Shown: in pieces, positions 11,386-23,719 of the stretch
Layout of the letters: the number at the start of each line of letters is the position of its first letter
Position numbering within the stretch: the first letter of the stretch is position 1
Assembly (NCBI GenBank): GCA_010093815.1
Contig: ML996566.1
Direction: 5' to 3' (one strand)
From: Pseudovirgaria hyperparasitica
Lineage: Eukaryota
DNA: 64,000 nt
Program-made: the position numbers and the translations under genes
The notes under the pieces: generated by a model
Seen by the model: the letters and a program-made list of their open reading frames with translations, nothing else
Told to the model about the DNA's origin: nothing
Database searches by the model: none

Positions 11386-12681
11386 ATGGATGCAGTCCCG
11401 CAGTACCCTCTATATGGCTCGACATTTAATGTGTACAGCATATCTCCTTTATACCACGGTCGTTCGCAACTGCTCCTCGATGCAAGCTTACGATCGCATG
11501 CGCGACGACTGCGCAATGTGCTAAAGGGAGACACCCTCCGTGGTGTGCACATCGGTGTCGCAGCCACGGATAATGCAATAGCAAACCTCGGACCTCTAGA
11601 AAGCTGTACATGGGATCTGATAGGCGACGAGGCATCATGGGAAGAGACACACGCAAGCGACGAGCACGACGAAATGTCGGACGATCTTGCGCCTGGTGGA
11701 AAACCTATATCTCCAGAAGTAACCCGTGGAATACATATTCAACTGCAGTACTTGCAGACAACGCATACAGGACTACTCCTAAGAAACCCAGCGAGCAAAC
11801 CACCTCCGAATGGGTTCACTTCAATGCCACTTCTACTCCTCCGCATGCCACAGCCCGTCCGCGAAGTCGTGCTAGAATACCTCACCACCACATTCGATAC
11901 CAGAATCTCTCCCCTGAAGTTTCGTTCAGAGTTTCTATTGTCGTCACTCGAGTCTCTCCTCGCCCACATCACCGATCATGAATCGCCAGAGACTATACCA
12001 GACATTGTAAAACCACTTCAGATTCAACTCGCGTTTCCACAATTTACACAGTACGTCAAGCATATCGATATTACAATAGCAAGAGACGACTTGCACGAGT
12101 TTGTTTGCCGAGGGCAACAATTGAACGCCGGCTCCAACGCGCCTCTCACTACAGCGTTGGAGCTTTACCTCTCATCTCACCTAGCCCTCGACACGAAGTA
12201 CATTCGTTCTGGCATATCGAAGGCTATCTGTGGCCTCTTCGCGCTTTCATCAGAGGGCAAATTGAAGCTTTTTGCGCCTGCACCAAGGTCATCCGACACC
12301 TCAGAAGACGAACGCGACACACTTTCACCTTCTGCGTCACAATTGTTTATGCGAGACTTCTACAGCCGCTTGGTTTCCGAAGCTTCAACGCCCCTTCAGC
12401 TACTATCCTCCACAATTCCAGGCGCGAAGGCGAAGGAACCGAGTAGGCCGGCACCTCGCAGGAAGCGTGAAGCGACGACTGATGTAGAGAATGGTGCAAA
12501 GCAGCGGAGACCTCAGGCGCGCGTACAGGATGACGAGCTTGCCGACGCAAACGACGCTCATACCGTGCGCAGCACAAACACACCAGCGAGACTCAGTGTG
12601 CCTGTAGATCCGCCGCCACCATACGAGCTCCATGATCCCGCACGGTCGCAGCGGGCGGGGTCGCAACCAGGACCAGCGTGA
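11386..12681 (+). CDS. fta1: Kinetochore Sim4/CCAN subunit Fta1 (CENP-L)
   Basis: N-terminal PLYGSTFNVYSISPLY and internal MPLLLLRMPQPVREVVLEYLTTTFDTRISPL match recalled CENP-L/Fta1 motifs. First in-frame ATG at 11386. Confidence 0.75.
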   Translation: MDAVPQYPLYGSTFNVYSISPLYHGRSQLLLDASLRSHARRLRNVLKGDTLRGVHIGVAATDNAIANLGPLESCTWDLIGDEASWEETHASDEHDEMSDDLAPGGKPISPEVTRGIHIQLQYLQTTHTGLLLRNPASKPPPNGFTSMPLLLLRMPQPVREVVLEYLTTTFDTRISPLKFRSEFLLSSLESLLAHITDHESPETIPDIVKPLQIQLAFPQFTQYVKHIDITIARDDLHEFVCRGQQLNAGSNAPLTTALELYLSSHLALDTKYIRSGISKAICGLFALSSEGKLKLFAPAPRSSDTSEDERDTLSPSASQLFMRDFYSRLVSEASTPLQLLSSTIPGAKAKEPSRPAPRRKREATTDVENGAKQRRPQARVQDDELADANDAHTVRSTNTPARLSVPVDPPPPYELHDPARSQRAGSQPGPA

Positions 12682-12914
12682 GATATACTATACTCTATAG
12701 GCGTTCGAGATACCCAAAGATACCCAGGCACACGAGGCGTCATTTTGTATATAACCTAAAATAAATCTATACCATTCGTGAAGGCTACTTTGTTACACAT
12801 GCATCGCTGCTGGAGTGATTGAAAAGGGGGAAGCTAGACTAGGTACCTACACTATACATAAGGGCTAAATTGCAGCCCGATCCGCTCTACAAACCCACCC
12901 AAGATAGAGCAAGC

Positions 12915-14601
12915 CTATAATAGCATCTCCAAGGGGTGCTCAATTACTTTCTTAAGCTCTCTCATGAACTCGCCTCCAACTGCGCCATCGACAACCTTGT
13001 GGTCAAAGCTGCCGGTGATGACAATCTGGTCATCCCACTCAACACCGGTTGTGCCGTCCGCATTCTCAACTGGTATTGCTACCTTCTTGGTTGTGCCGAT
13101 AGCCACAATAGTTGCTTGTGGAGGGTTGATAACAGCAGTGAAACGGTCGATTGCGTCATTCATTCCCATATTGGAGATTGTAATGGTACCGCCTTGGTAT
13201 TCCTCGGGTTTAAGCTTGCCATCACGGGCGCGCTTACCGAGATCCTTAATTTGTCCCGAGATCGTGGTGAGGCCAAGAGCACCAACGTTCTTGACGATAG
13301 GTGTCATGAGTCCTACAGGCGTCGCGACAGCGACAGAAACATCAACTGAGTTATGCTGGCGAATCATGGTCTGCCCTCCGTCTTCACGCCACGACGAGTT
13401 AGCTGCAGGGACCTTACGAGCTGCCACGGAGACGGCCTTGACCAGAAAGTCATTTACAGAGAGCTTGTATTCTCCGTTAGCCTCAGCGTTGAGGGCGGCC
13501 CGTAGCTTGAGAAGCTTGCTGACGGAGATTGCGGATGCGACAAAGTAGTGGGGGTTTTCGTTCATAGATTGCTTAAGGCGATTAGCAATCGTCTTGCGCA
13601 TGCTGCTGGCGGGGATGTCCTCGTATGATGCAGCAGGAGCGGCAGCGCCAGTAGCGGCTCCGGCAGCTGGCTTGTACTTTTCGATGTCCTGAACGGTGAT
13701 GCGTCCACCAGGGCCAGAGCCTTTGACTTGGCCGATCGGCACGCCCTTCTCGAGTGCGAGCTTCTTTGCGGCTGGGCTGGCAGTGGACTCACGCTCCAAG
13801 ACCGTTTCGAGTCTACCACCTGTCGAGTCAGACTCTTGTGGCTTGATGGAAGAGGAACCTGATTCAGACGATGGAGGTGCAGTCGATGAGCCCGAATTAG
13901 GGGGCTCCGACGATTCGGAGGCTTCTTCCTTAGGAGCTTCCTTTGGAGCTTCCTTCTCACCACCGGCGTCATCCACGGAGAAGGATTCGAATGCTGAAAC
14001 GTCCTCTCCTTCACCGATCATAATCGCTATTGGCTATATCTGTATTAGTATCGGGTCTTCGAGTTTCTTCGGACAGTATTATAGCTTACGGATCCGACTG
14101 CAACATCCTTCTCGCCTGAATCTTTCAGGATCTTTGCGAGTGTTCCCTCGTCTTGGAATTCGAAGTCCATTTGTGCCTTGTCTGTCTCAATCTCGACCAA
14201 GACATCACCTGGTGCGAGTGAATCGCCGGCCTTCTTCTGCCATGTACCGATGTTTCCCGAAGTCATGGTGGGTGAGAGCGCTGGCATGCTGATAACAGTG
14301 TGCGGAGGAAAAGCTGCAAACGGCTGAAGTTAGCCAACAGATTACAGATAGAGTGTGATTGACAATTGTATACTGACACTTTGAAGCATAATATCTTGCG
14401 AGAGCGGCGAGTGCTGGTGTTCGCTTGCTGTATATTGCCAGATTAGCTCAAATCTGTGAAGCTTCGACAAGAACTAAATGAAATAGCTTACACGACAAAT
14501 TGTGTACTTCTGGAGAATGATTGAGCACCTCCAACAACGATTGAGCTTCGCATGCAAAGCTGCGCCGAGGACCGCGCGAACATAGCTGGCGCTGCAGACA
14601 T
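12915..14601 (-). CDS. LAT1: Pyruvate dehydrogenase E2, dihydrolipoamide acetyltransferase, mitochondrial
   Basis: Mitochondrial presequence ending RYYASKS; lipoyl domain ([16 protein letters not shown]); E3-binding domain ([18 protein letters not shown]); catalytic DHKVVDG. Introns 14428-14491, 14314-14377 and 14034-14089. Confidence 0.97.
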
Positions 14602-15326
14602 GATGACAGGTGCCGCTATGTCGGCAAGAAGAAGTTCTCAACGGATGAACTGGGCGCAAGGTGAGAAAGGAGGGAGGGCACCTGCCTAAGCTGCTTCTAA
14701 GTATATATCAGACAACAGCACCCGTCGAGATGGGGAGAATTGGAGATGGGAGTGTGCGTGAGGTAAATTATCCAGGCAACTCGGTGTAGGTATTAGATGC
14801 AGTTTATTACTTGCCCAACAAGAAAGATGGACAGGGCCACGGTTGGAGCTCCGCCCGATCTTTTCCTTAGCGCCCGCGTGGCAGAGTCCAAAGCCCAACA
14901 ACCTTCAGGAAAAGTATGTATATTTATTCAATTGCCCATGCACATACAGCATTACTCTAGATCAGCTCAACAGTGAGACTACAATGGACCAGATGTCATA
15001 CGAGCTCTACATTGACGATCTAGCATGTGCTCGCATTAATTAGTGCCCGTCGCCAAATCGCTGGTGCTAAATGTGGCCGCTTGACTAAGCTCCAGGGCTG
15101 GGCTGGGACGCCGGGATCCTGGCAGCTTGTACGTACTCAATAATGATATACTGTTTATTCTATGTGACTTTTGACCGGGTTGCTTCTACCTTCAACTATT
15201 CTGTACGATCTTGAAATCATTGGGTCTGTTTTCGGGCACGAATATTTCCGCGCCTGCTAATTATGCAATCCTAAGCATCACCGCCGCGACGACAACTCCT
15301 GAGGCTTACGACGCAAAACAGCCAAC

Positions 15327-18300
15327 ATGGCAGAGGATCAGCCGACTGTAGAAGCTACAGAGCCTATCCGTACGAATGGAGACACAATGATAGACGTATC
15401 GCTTGGACAAGAAAAGAAGGAAGCGGAGTCAAAGGACTCGTCACCAGTCGACTTGCAAGAGATACCCCAAATACAAGCAATAGATACGTCTGTGCGATCC
15501 GATCTCCCATCAGCCATAGCGACACCGGAACAACACCAGATACAAGAACCCGAAACACCGCGGTTCGTCGAGTTTAATAATATCAGCGCAGCGCGACCGA
15601 GGACCGACTCACAGTCTACAACCGCGACTACTGCCACGAGACCTTCGACCAGAAGCTCTCTCGTCTTTGTGACTACTGCGTTAGAAACGATCGCACAATC
15701 AAAGGATGCAAAGAGGAATAAGAAACTGGGGGACTCCACTCAGCAGGCCCTGACGGCAATCAAGGATGGTGGTGACCCGTCTAGGCTGAATCCAGAGATT
15801 CTGTTCTTACCTTTACAACTGGCATCTGAAGCGACTACGTTCTCGATTGTCATCACTGCCCTCGATTGCATCGGCAAACTCATAAGCTATTCCTATTTCT
15901 CGAATCCCGCCGAACAGCCCTCGACCGAAGCCTCCGAAGGCACTCCGCTGATCGAGCGCGCCATTGACACAATATGCGATTGCTTTCAAGGTGAAGCTAC
16001 ACAAGTGGATGTGCAACTACAGATTGTCAAGTCTTTGTTGGCTGCTATACTGAATGACAAGATTGTGGTACACGGCGCCGGCTTGCTCAAGGCTGTTAGA
16101 TTGACGTACAATATCTTTCTCCTAAGTAAGTCCGGTGCGAACCAACAAGTCTCACAAGGTGCATTGACTCAGATGGTTGGTACGGTCTTTGAGAGAGTAA
16201 AGACCCGCTTGCTGATAAAGGAATCCCGCCTGACTTTATCCCGCACATCTTTGGACAAGAGTGCACCTGATATTGGCAAAGACTCCGACGATGTGAACGG
16301 CAGCGTTGGAGGCGTAGATGGCTCGCAAGCGAATGAAGATCAAGAGGAAGATGGAGACGCAGATATGAATGAGGACCCGAGCGATGTACCTGTCGACAAA
16401 CATACTGGTCCCAAGATCACACTGCAAAGCTTTGAAAACAGCATGAATTTCAACGACGAGAGGATACATGACAATGCGCCGACGCTTGTTACAAGGGTCA
16501 AAGCACGACCATCGCGAGCTGCTTCCGGTCAAGAGAGCGTCGTTTCTGGAGCACCACACGATGTAGACGACGACGAGGAAGATGAGATCTACATTCGTGA
16601 TGCATATCTGGTTTTCCGAGCGATGTGCAGACTGAGCACCAAGCCTTTGCCTGTTGAACACGCACAAGATATCCGATCGCCAAGCATGCGGTCAAAGTTG
16701 CTTTCATTGCACATTATTCACACGATTCTCCATAACAACATAGCCGTTTTCATATCCCCCTTCGCAACGATACAAAGCAGTAGCAGTGATGAACCAACAC
16801 CATTCATTCAAGCCATCAAGCAGTATCTCTGTTTGAGCCTAAGTCGCAATGGCGCCAGCTCCATCAGCCGCGTATTCGAGGTTAGTTGTGAGATTTTCTG
16901 GCAAATGCTCAAGTACCTCCGCATCATGTTGAAGAAAGAAATAGAGGTGTTTCTGAAGGAGATATACCTGGCGACTCTAGAAAAGCGCACATCCGCTTTT
17001 TTCCAAAAACAATACATATTAACCATTTTCGGGCGTCTTGCTGAAGACCCACGAGCTCTCGTCGAGGTCTATCTGAATTACGATTGCGATAGGACTGCTC
17101 TAGACAATATGTATCAAAGGGTTGTCGAGAATCTTGCACGAGTTTCGAGCACCCCGGTACTCGTAACAGCTGCGCAACAGCAAATATATCGCGAGAAGCG
17201 AACAAAACAGTCCAATCATGGTTCGGATTGGCAAAGTCGAGGTCTTCTTCCCCCTTCTTTGGCTACTGCTGCAATGCATCCTCCACAAGATATCGACGAA
17301 GGCTACCCGCCGGAGTATGCTATGAAACAAGAGGCTCTCGAATCTCTGGTTCAGATTCTGCGGTCCCTTGTGAATTGGTCTCAGGAGGCAACGACGACAT
17401 CGACTGCGGTACGCGAGAGCGATTCTCGCATTTCAGAAGATTTCCGAGGGTCGGTCGACACCCGGGAAGGCAATCTACCTTCGCCTAGTATCGGTGGAGA
17501 CGACTCTGGAGCACAAACGCCCATGGCAGAGGATGATCCGAACCAAATTGAAAGAGAAAAGCAAAGAAAGACGGCCTTGACAAATGCCGTGAAACAATTC
17601 AACTACAAACCCAAACGCGGTCTCAAGGCACTGCTCAAGGATGGCTTTATTCAATCCAATAGCCCACAGGACATTGCGAAGTTCTTCATGACACATACCA
17701 TTGTCGATAAGAAGGCACTTGGTGAATTTCTTGGTGAAGGCGATCCAGAAAACATTGCAATCATGCATGCATTTGTCGATTTACTGGACTTTACGAAGAC
17801 ACGTTTTGTGGATGCACTTCGGCGATTTTTACAATGTTTCAGACTGCCAGGTGAAGCTCAGAAAATTGACAGATTTATGCTCAAATTTGCAGAACGCTAT
17901 ATCACAGGTAACCCAAACGCATACGCGAATGCAGACACAGCCTATGTTCTGTCTTACTCTGTAATCATGCTTAATGTTGATCAGCACAGCAAGAAGATGA
18001 AGGGCAAAAGGATGACTCCAGAGGATTTCATTAAAAACAATCGCGGTATCAACGATAATGCAGATCTTCCGGAAGACTATCTGCGTGGGATATACGACGA
18101 CATCTCTCACAATGAGATAGTACTGGAAGAAGAGCAAGAAGCTGCTGCCAATGCTGGGCAAATTCCCCCAGCTCAAACAGGAGGCATTGCCGCCGGTCTG
18201 GGTCTCGCAGGAGGCAGGGACCTCCAAAGGGAAGCATACATGCAGGCATCTGAAGAAATGGCCAATAAAACCGAACAGTTGTACAAAAATCTACTACGTG

Positions 18301-21295
18301 CACAACGGCGCGGCGCCGCGAGAGCACCGGTGACCAAGTTCATCCCGGCGACATCTTTTAAGCACGTCGGACCAATGCTTGAAGTTACCTGGATGCCGTT
18401 CCTTACCGCTCTCAGCGCGCAAGCACAGGATACCAACAATCTTGAAATCGTCAGGCTATGCATGGAAGGACTGAAACTTGCCATTCGTCTAGCTTGCGTG
18501 TTTGATCTAGAAAATCCTCGACAGGCTTTCGTCCAATCTCTGTCCAAGTTTACCAATTTGTACAACCTCAGCGAGATGAAAGCGAAGAACGTTGAGGCAT
18601 TGAAAGTACTTCTTGATGTTGCGCAACACGAAGGAGATCACCTGAAAGAGTCCTGGCGAGATATCCTGACCTGTGTTAGCCAGCTTGACAGGTTTCAATT
18701 GATATCAACTGGTGTTGATGAAGGTGTCGTACCCGACGTGTTGAAGGCTAACGTCAACGCGCCATCACGAAAGGCAACCCTTCAAGTGCCCCCGAAAGGT
18801 CGCGGCCGCTCGCAAGGTGGCATTGTGTACGAAACACATATAGCAGAGGAGTCCCGATCGGCAGACATTATTCGTAGCGTCGACCGCATCTTTACGAACA
18901 CTGCAAACCTCTCAGGAGAGGCTATCGTACACTTCGTTCGTGCACTCACGCAAGTGAGTTGGCAAGAAATTCAATCCTCTGGTCAAAGCGAATCACCTCG
19001 CACGTACAGTCTTCAGAAACTAGTTGAGATCAGTGGCTACAACATGACACGTGTGCGTTTCGAGTGGACGAACATTTGGCAGATTCTCGGGGAGCATTTT
19101 AATCAAGTTGGATGTCACAACAACACTAATGTTGTCTACTTCGCTCTGAACGCCCTGCGTCAGTTATCTATGCGCTTCATGGAGATCGAGGAACTACCCG
19201 GCTTCAAATTCCAGAAGGACTTTCTCAAGCCGTTCGAACATATAATTGCTAACTCGAACGTCGTCATGGTCAAAGACATGGTTCTTCGATGCTTGATTCA
19301 GATGATCCAGGCGCGAGGTCAAAATATACGGTCAGGGTGGAAGACGATGTTCGGCGTATTCACCGTGGCGGCGCAAGAACCTTACGGTATGAGGTCCATC
19401 CATATCGTAAACTCCGTGCTAATGATCGGTAGAGGGAATTGTTAATCTTGCATTTGACAACGTTACACAAGTTTACAACAGCAGTTTTGGTGTTGTAATC
19501 TCACAGGGCGCCTTTGCAGATCTGATAGTGTGCCTGACACAGTTCTCCAAAAACCATAAGTTTCAGAAGAAATCACTGTCTGCAATAGAGACGCTCAAGT
19601 CTGCCATTCCGAAAATGCTCCGGACGCCGGAGTGTCCTCTTTCTCATAAGTCGGGGCTCAAGAAGGAAGCGGAGCAAGCAACGGCATTGCCAAAACAGCC
19701 AAGTCGGCAGACCCAGGAAGAAGAGTTCTGGTTTCCCGTTCTCTTCGCTTTCCATGACGTTTTGATGACGGGTGAAGACCTGGAGGTTCGATCCAGGTGA
19801 GTAACTATGACAACAATTAGATTCAATGCTTACATTTGACAGGGCTCTGTCTTATCTTTTCGAGACTCTCATAAGATATGGTGGTAACTTCCCGCAAGAC
19901 TTCTGGGATACCCTTTGGCGTCAGCTACTTTATCCCATCTTTATGGTGTTGAAGTCAAAGTCGGAAATGTCCAAGGTTTTGAATCACGAAGAACTGTCGG
20001 TATGGCTTTCTACAACTATGATACAAGCACTTCGGCATATGATCAACTTGTTCACGCACTTTTTCGAATCACTCGAGTATATGCTCGATCGTTTCCTCGA
20101 CCTGCTTACACTTTGCATCTGCCAAGAAAACGACACCCTTGCGAGAATCGGTAGCAACTGCCTTCAGCAATTAGTACTGCAGAATGTTGACAAATTTGAC
20201 CCGAGTCACTGGAACCAGATTGTGTCTGCATTTGTAGAGCTCTTCGACCGTACCGAGGCGACCGCTCTCTTCTCTGCGGTAACTTCATCGTATGCGCCAC
20301 CTCAAACAATAGTCAACGGTACAAACAAGACCCCGACATTCAAGACACCAGATGAACAGTCGCTATCTGGGCTTAGTTTAGGCGAAATTCCTGCTGACGA
20401 GAAGACGCTTCCGCAATCCGAAAATCCTCTTGGAATAAATGGTCTATCATTACCTCGGCGGGGATCTAGTGTGTCGAAAGAGGAGGTTCCTTCACAGGCT
20501 GCTGGCGGAGACCCTGCAAGCAAGTCGACCACTGAACTCGAAGATTATCGCCCAGAAAGCGAATTACAACAAGCGCCGGTCGTCGTTACAGCTGCTCGTC
20601 GAAGATACTTTAACCAAATCATTACGAAATGCGTGTTGCAGCTCTTGATGATAGAAACTGTTCAAGAGCTGTTCACCAACGATACGGTATATCAGCGGAT
20701 CCCATCAACGGAGTTATTGCAGCTGATGCAAGTGCTCAAAAAGAGTTTCTTCTTTGCGAAAAAGTTTAATGCAGATCGAGAACTACGCACTCGATTATTT
20801 AAAGAAGGATTCATGAAGCAGCCGCCCAATCTACTCAAGCAAGAGTCTGGTTCTGCTGCCGTCTACGTCAGCATATTATTGCGCATGTACCACGATACAT
20901 CAACAGAACGTGCCGCCAACCGCGTGCAGACGGAGTCAGCCTTGGTTCCACTGTGCGAAGACATCGTACAGTCCTACATTGAACTCGATGAGGAGACACA
21001 ACAACGCAACATCCTCACCTGGCGCCCAGTGGTTGTCAACGTTTTAGAGGGGTTCCTAGGCTTTGCTGAAGATGAGTTCAAGAAGTTCACACCAATGTTC
21101 ACCGAGATTGTGGTAGGCCTACTAGGTACGGGAATGGCGCCTGAAGTGCAGAAGGCTGTACAGGCGCTCACAGCACGCTGTTTCGAAGGTCTGGGAGTGA
21201 AGAGCGACTGGGGGTCGTTGGCAGAACGAGGCTCTATCAGTCCCAGGACTGGGACGAGCCCAAATCGCCCAAGAAGGACCAGCCGCAATAAGTGA
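15327..21295 (+). CDS. SEC7: Large Arf guanine nucleotide exchange factor Sec7/BIG
   Basis: DCB, HUS box (YLNYDCD), Sec7 domain (FRLPGEAQKIDRFM) and HDS domains. Introns 19387-19432 and 19797-19842. Confidence 0.97.
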
Positions 21296-21699
21296 GTAAT
21301 ATCTTAAGTGTAATCTTACTATGAGATCGCAAAAGCAGTGGCGTTTGGGGCGAAGGATGACTTCGGTGAAGATCATCCTAAGATTCGTGAGCGTGTATAT
21401 CGTATAGAAGCATAGTTACATAGCTTGCATAAGCTTTTGATCAGTACAATAGTATCATAAAGAGGATAAGACCTAGCTGAGTTCTAGATATGGTTAATGT
21501 CACTGCTCAAGTCACCAGGTTTGCTGGCGGAAGTGGACATCACAATATTGTAACTTCCACAAGTCCTAGGCCCCGTCCATTCCTGGTCTCTGCGTCAATT
21601 TAGCCTGATGAATTTACCACGTCGCAATGATATTGGCGAATAATATAGCCCCACTAATCGTATCGGGATTCTGTATCTGATCCTTATTGATCTCATCAG

Positions 21700-22390
21700 G
21701 GAAGTCCAACGAGAGAAATCCATTTTTCTCTTGTCCACTAGCTTATTAATTACCACCTCTCCTATCGATCCTTACGCAGATCCTGCATCTTTAGTCGGTT
21801 TATTTTATCTACTAAGATAGTGTCATACTCACACATGAAGAGGTTTACTTTTGGCTGAGACTGACTAGAAACTTTCGTAGGACAAATACTAATGAAACGA
21901 ATCAACCAGTCCATCTAAGCTATAATAAACTAGCTCTATATTAGTAGTATAATGAGGGGAGACTTTATATCTTTTTCTCTCTACTTATAACAAGCTTCTG
22001 AAATGCATTTAATCTGAGATATATATTCTAATCCTAAGAATAAGGGTTTTCGACATAATGCCTTGATAGCCCATGTGAATTACATCAATTGGAATATGTA
22101 CGAGATTCTGACCCTCGAAATCAGCGGTAAAATATTGGGCTTGTAAGTATCCTAGAATATGTAACGAACAAGGATACATTCACATAAGATTTCAACGGTT
22201 CTATGTAATTAGATGACGGAGATATTATGCCTTAATAATATACATGAAGTTGATATAACTTTAAATCGATTTCGAAATGTTTAAGAACTCCTTTCCCTAG
22301 ATATCAGACGCTAGAGCATGATTAGTATCATAATGGAATACATCGAGCCTCATATAAGTGTATATACGGATCTATCTACTTAGAATGTCG
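21700..22390. repeat. AT-rich, TpA-rich non-coding tract; possible RIP-degraded repeat relic
   Basis: Visibly AT-rich with many TA dinucleotides and no ORF, in contrast to the flanking genes. No indices were computed. Confidence 0.35.
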
Positions 22391-22865
22391 AAGTACGGTG
22401 TCGGGCCGACGAGATCGGGCTGTTCGGACGGCGCACCAGAACAATGTCATTGAGGGTGACATAAGCAAATCGGAGGTGGTATGCCACCACGAATAGATTA
22501 TGCTAAGAGTAGACTACGTAGTAAAGAGTATTATATCGGAGAGGAGGCTGGCTGTAAGGATATTTGGATCAGAAAACGCGGATGCGCCGAAGTATCTACA
22601 GGTCGCAAAGCCCAAGACAGCGCGGGAGCCAGTACCGCGAGGCTTATCAATAACTGTGGCTAGACCGCAAGGATTGGAATTGGAGATAGATATCCGTAGG
22701 AAGTTGAAAGGATCGACGACGTGGTGTAGGAGTTCGGAACATGGAGTCAAGAGTTAAGCTAGTGCAAATGAACGTCAGATGAAAAGTCGTGTCCGTTTAT
22801 CCATAGTTACATCCATTATGAGGAGTATAATGGCTGCTCCGACCCAACATTGAGTGTGCTTAACA

Positions 22866-22943
22866 GCATCGATGGTTTAGTGGTAAAATCCGGTCTTCCC
22901 ATAGAGTTTGGCCGGGCCCCGGGTTCGATTCCCGGTCGTTGCA
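22866..22943 (+). tRNA. tRNA-Gly(CCC) with a 7-nt intron (22902-22908)
   Basis: Acceptor stem GCATCGA/TCGTTGC (one T-T mismatch). D arm GTTTAGTGGTAAAAT. Anticodon stem CGGTC/GGCCG with loop TT-CCC-A[intron]T. T arm CCGGG-TTCGATT-CCCGG. Discriminator A, followed by a T-rich Pol III terminator (TTTGTTTTT). Confidence 0.9.
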
Positions 22944-22959
22944 TTTGTTTTTGTGTGAT

Positions 22960-23460
22960 TACGATAATCAAATATAAGAGTTCTTATTGGCTGTTAGAAC
23001 GATTATCTATTTCATCAGATAGAGAGTTATATTTAAGTAAACATTATAGGCGTTTAGGGGTAATTTAAAACTTCGACGAATTAATATTATAGTTATATTT
23101 TTAATAGTTACTACTTTACTCTATCTTTCGAACGTGTATAACATTTACTATTATCTACTTATGTTAGTTATAAAATAATCCTATCGCAATATATATAGCT
23201 TACTCTAGTAGTGATATTAGACATGTGTCTTTCTACCTCTATACGAACAATCAAATACCATTTTGAGTTTCATAAGAGTTTCTAAAGAATTCACGTAGAG
23301 TTACATATTCATGTTGATGGAGATCTAATTGAAATTCAATTCTACTACTAGAACTGATAATCCAATTCAGATATACGGTCCTAGTATTGTAATGTTTTAG
23401 TCGAATCCGACCGAGACTTAAAATTCAATTGAATTGGATTGACTCATAGGATGTCTACCC
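22960..23460. repeat. Very AT-rich tract downstream of the tRNA; possible RIP-mutated transposon relic
   Basis: Dense TA dinucleotides and no credible coding frame. Contains an 11-bp inverted repeat AATCCAATTCA (23359-23369) / TGAATTGGATT (23430-23440). Confidence 0.4.
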
Positions 23461-23719
23461 CGTACATGAACGATATGTGTGTGATATCAACAAAGAAGTA
23501 AAGATGCAAGATGTGACTTTGCTATTGGTCAGGCAGAGTATGCAAACGAGGGGAAAGGTAACTCGAGTGCGGGTAGTCTTGGCCTGGAATACTCTCCTTG
23601 CACATTCGACCTACATCTTTCCTCCCTGAACAATGCCTCGAAAAATTTCAAACCTCATTTTAAGTCATCTACAGCCCCTTGTTCCAAGTCTTTCCGAATT
23701 ACCTCAGAGTTTTTGCCCG

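Noticed and set aside
12860..12917. Stop-codon read-through to a cryptic PTS1 in LAT1 (also checked for the GNAT gene, egt2, hsp88 and END3)
   Set aside because: No TGA-CTA context, and the extensions do not end in SKL-like tripeptides.
12936..14292. Long antisense ORFs opposite LAT1, and similar ones opposite SEC7, the SNF2 gene and the chitin synthases
   Set aside because: These are shadow frames expected from codon bias of real genes and show no domain motifs.
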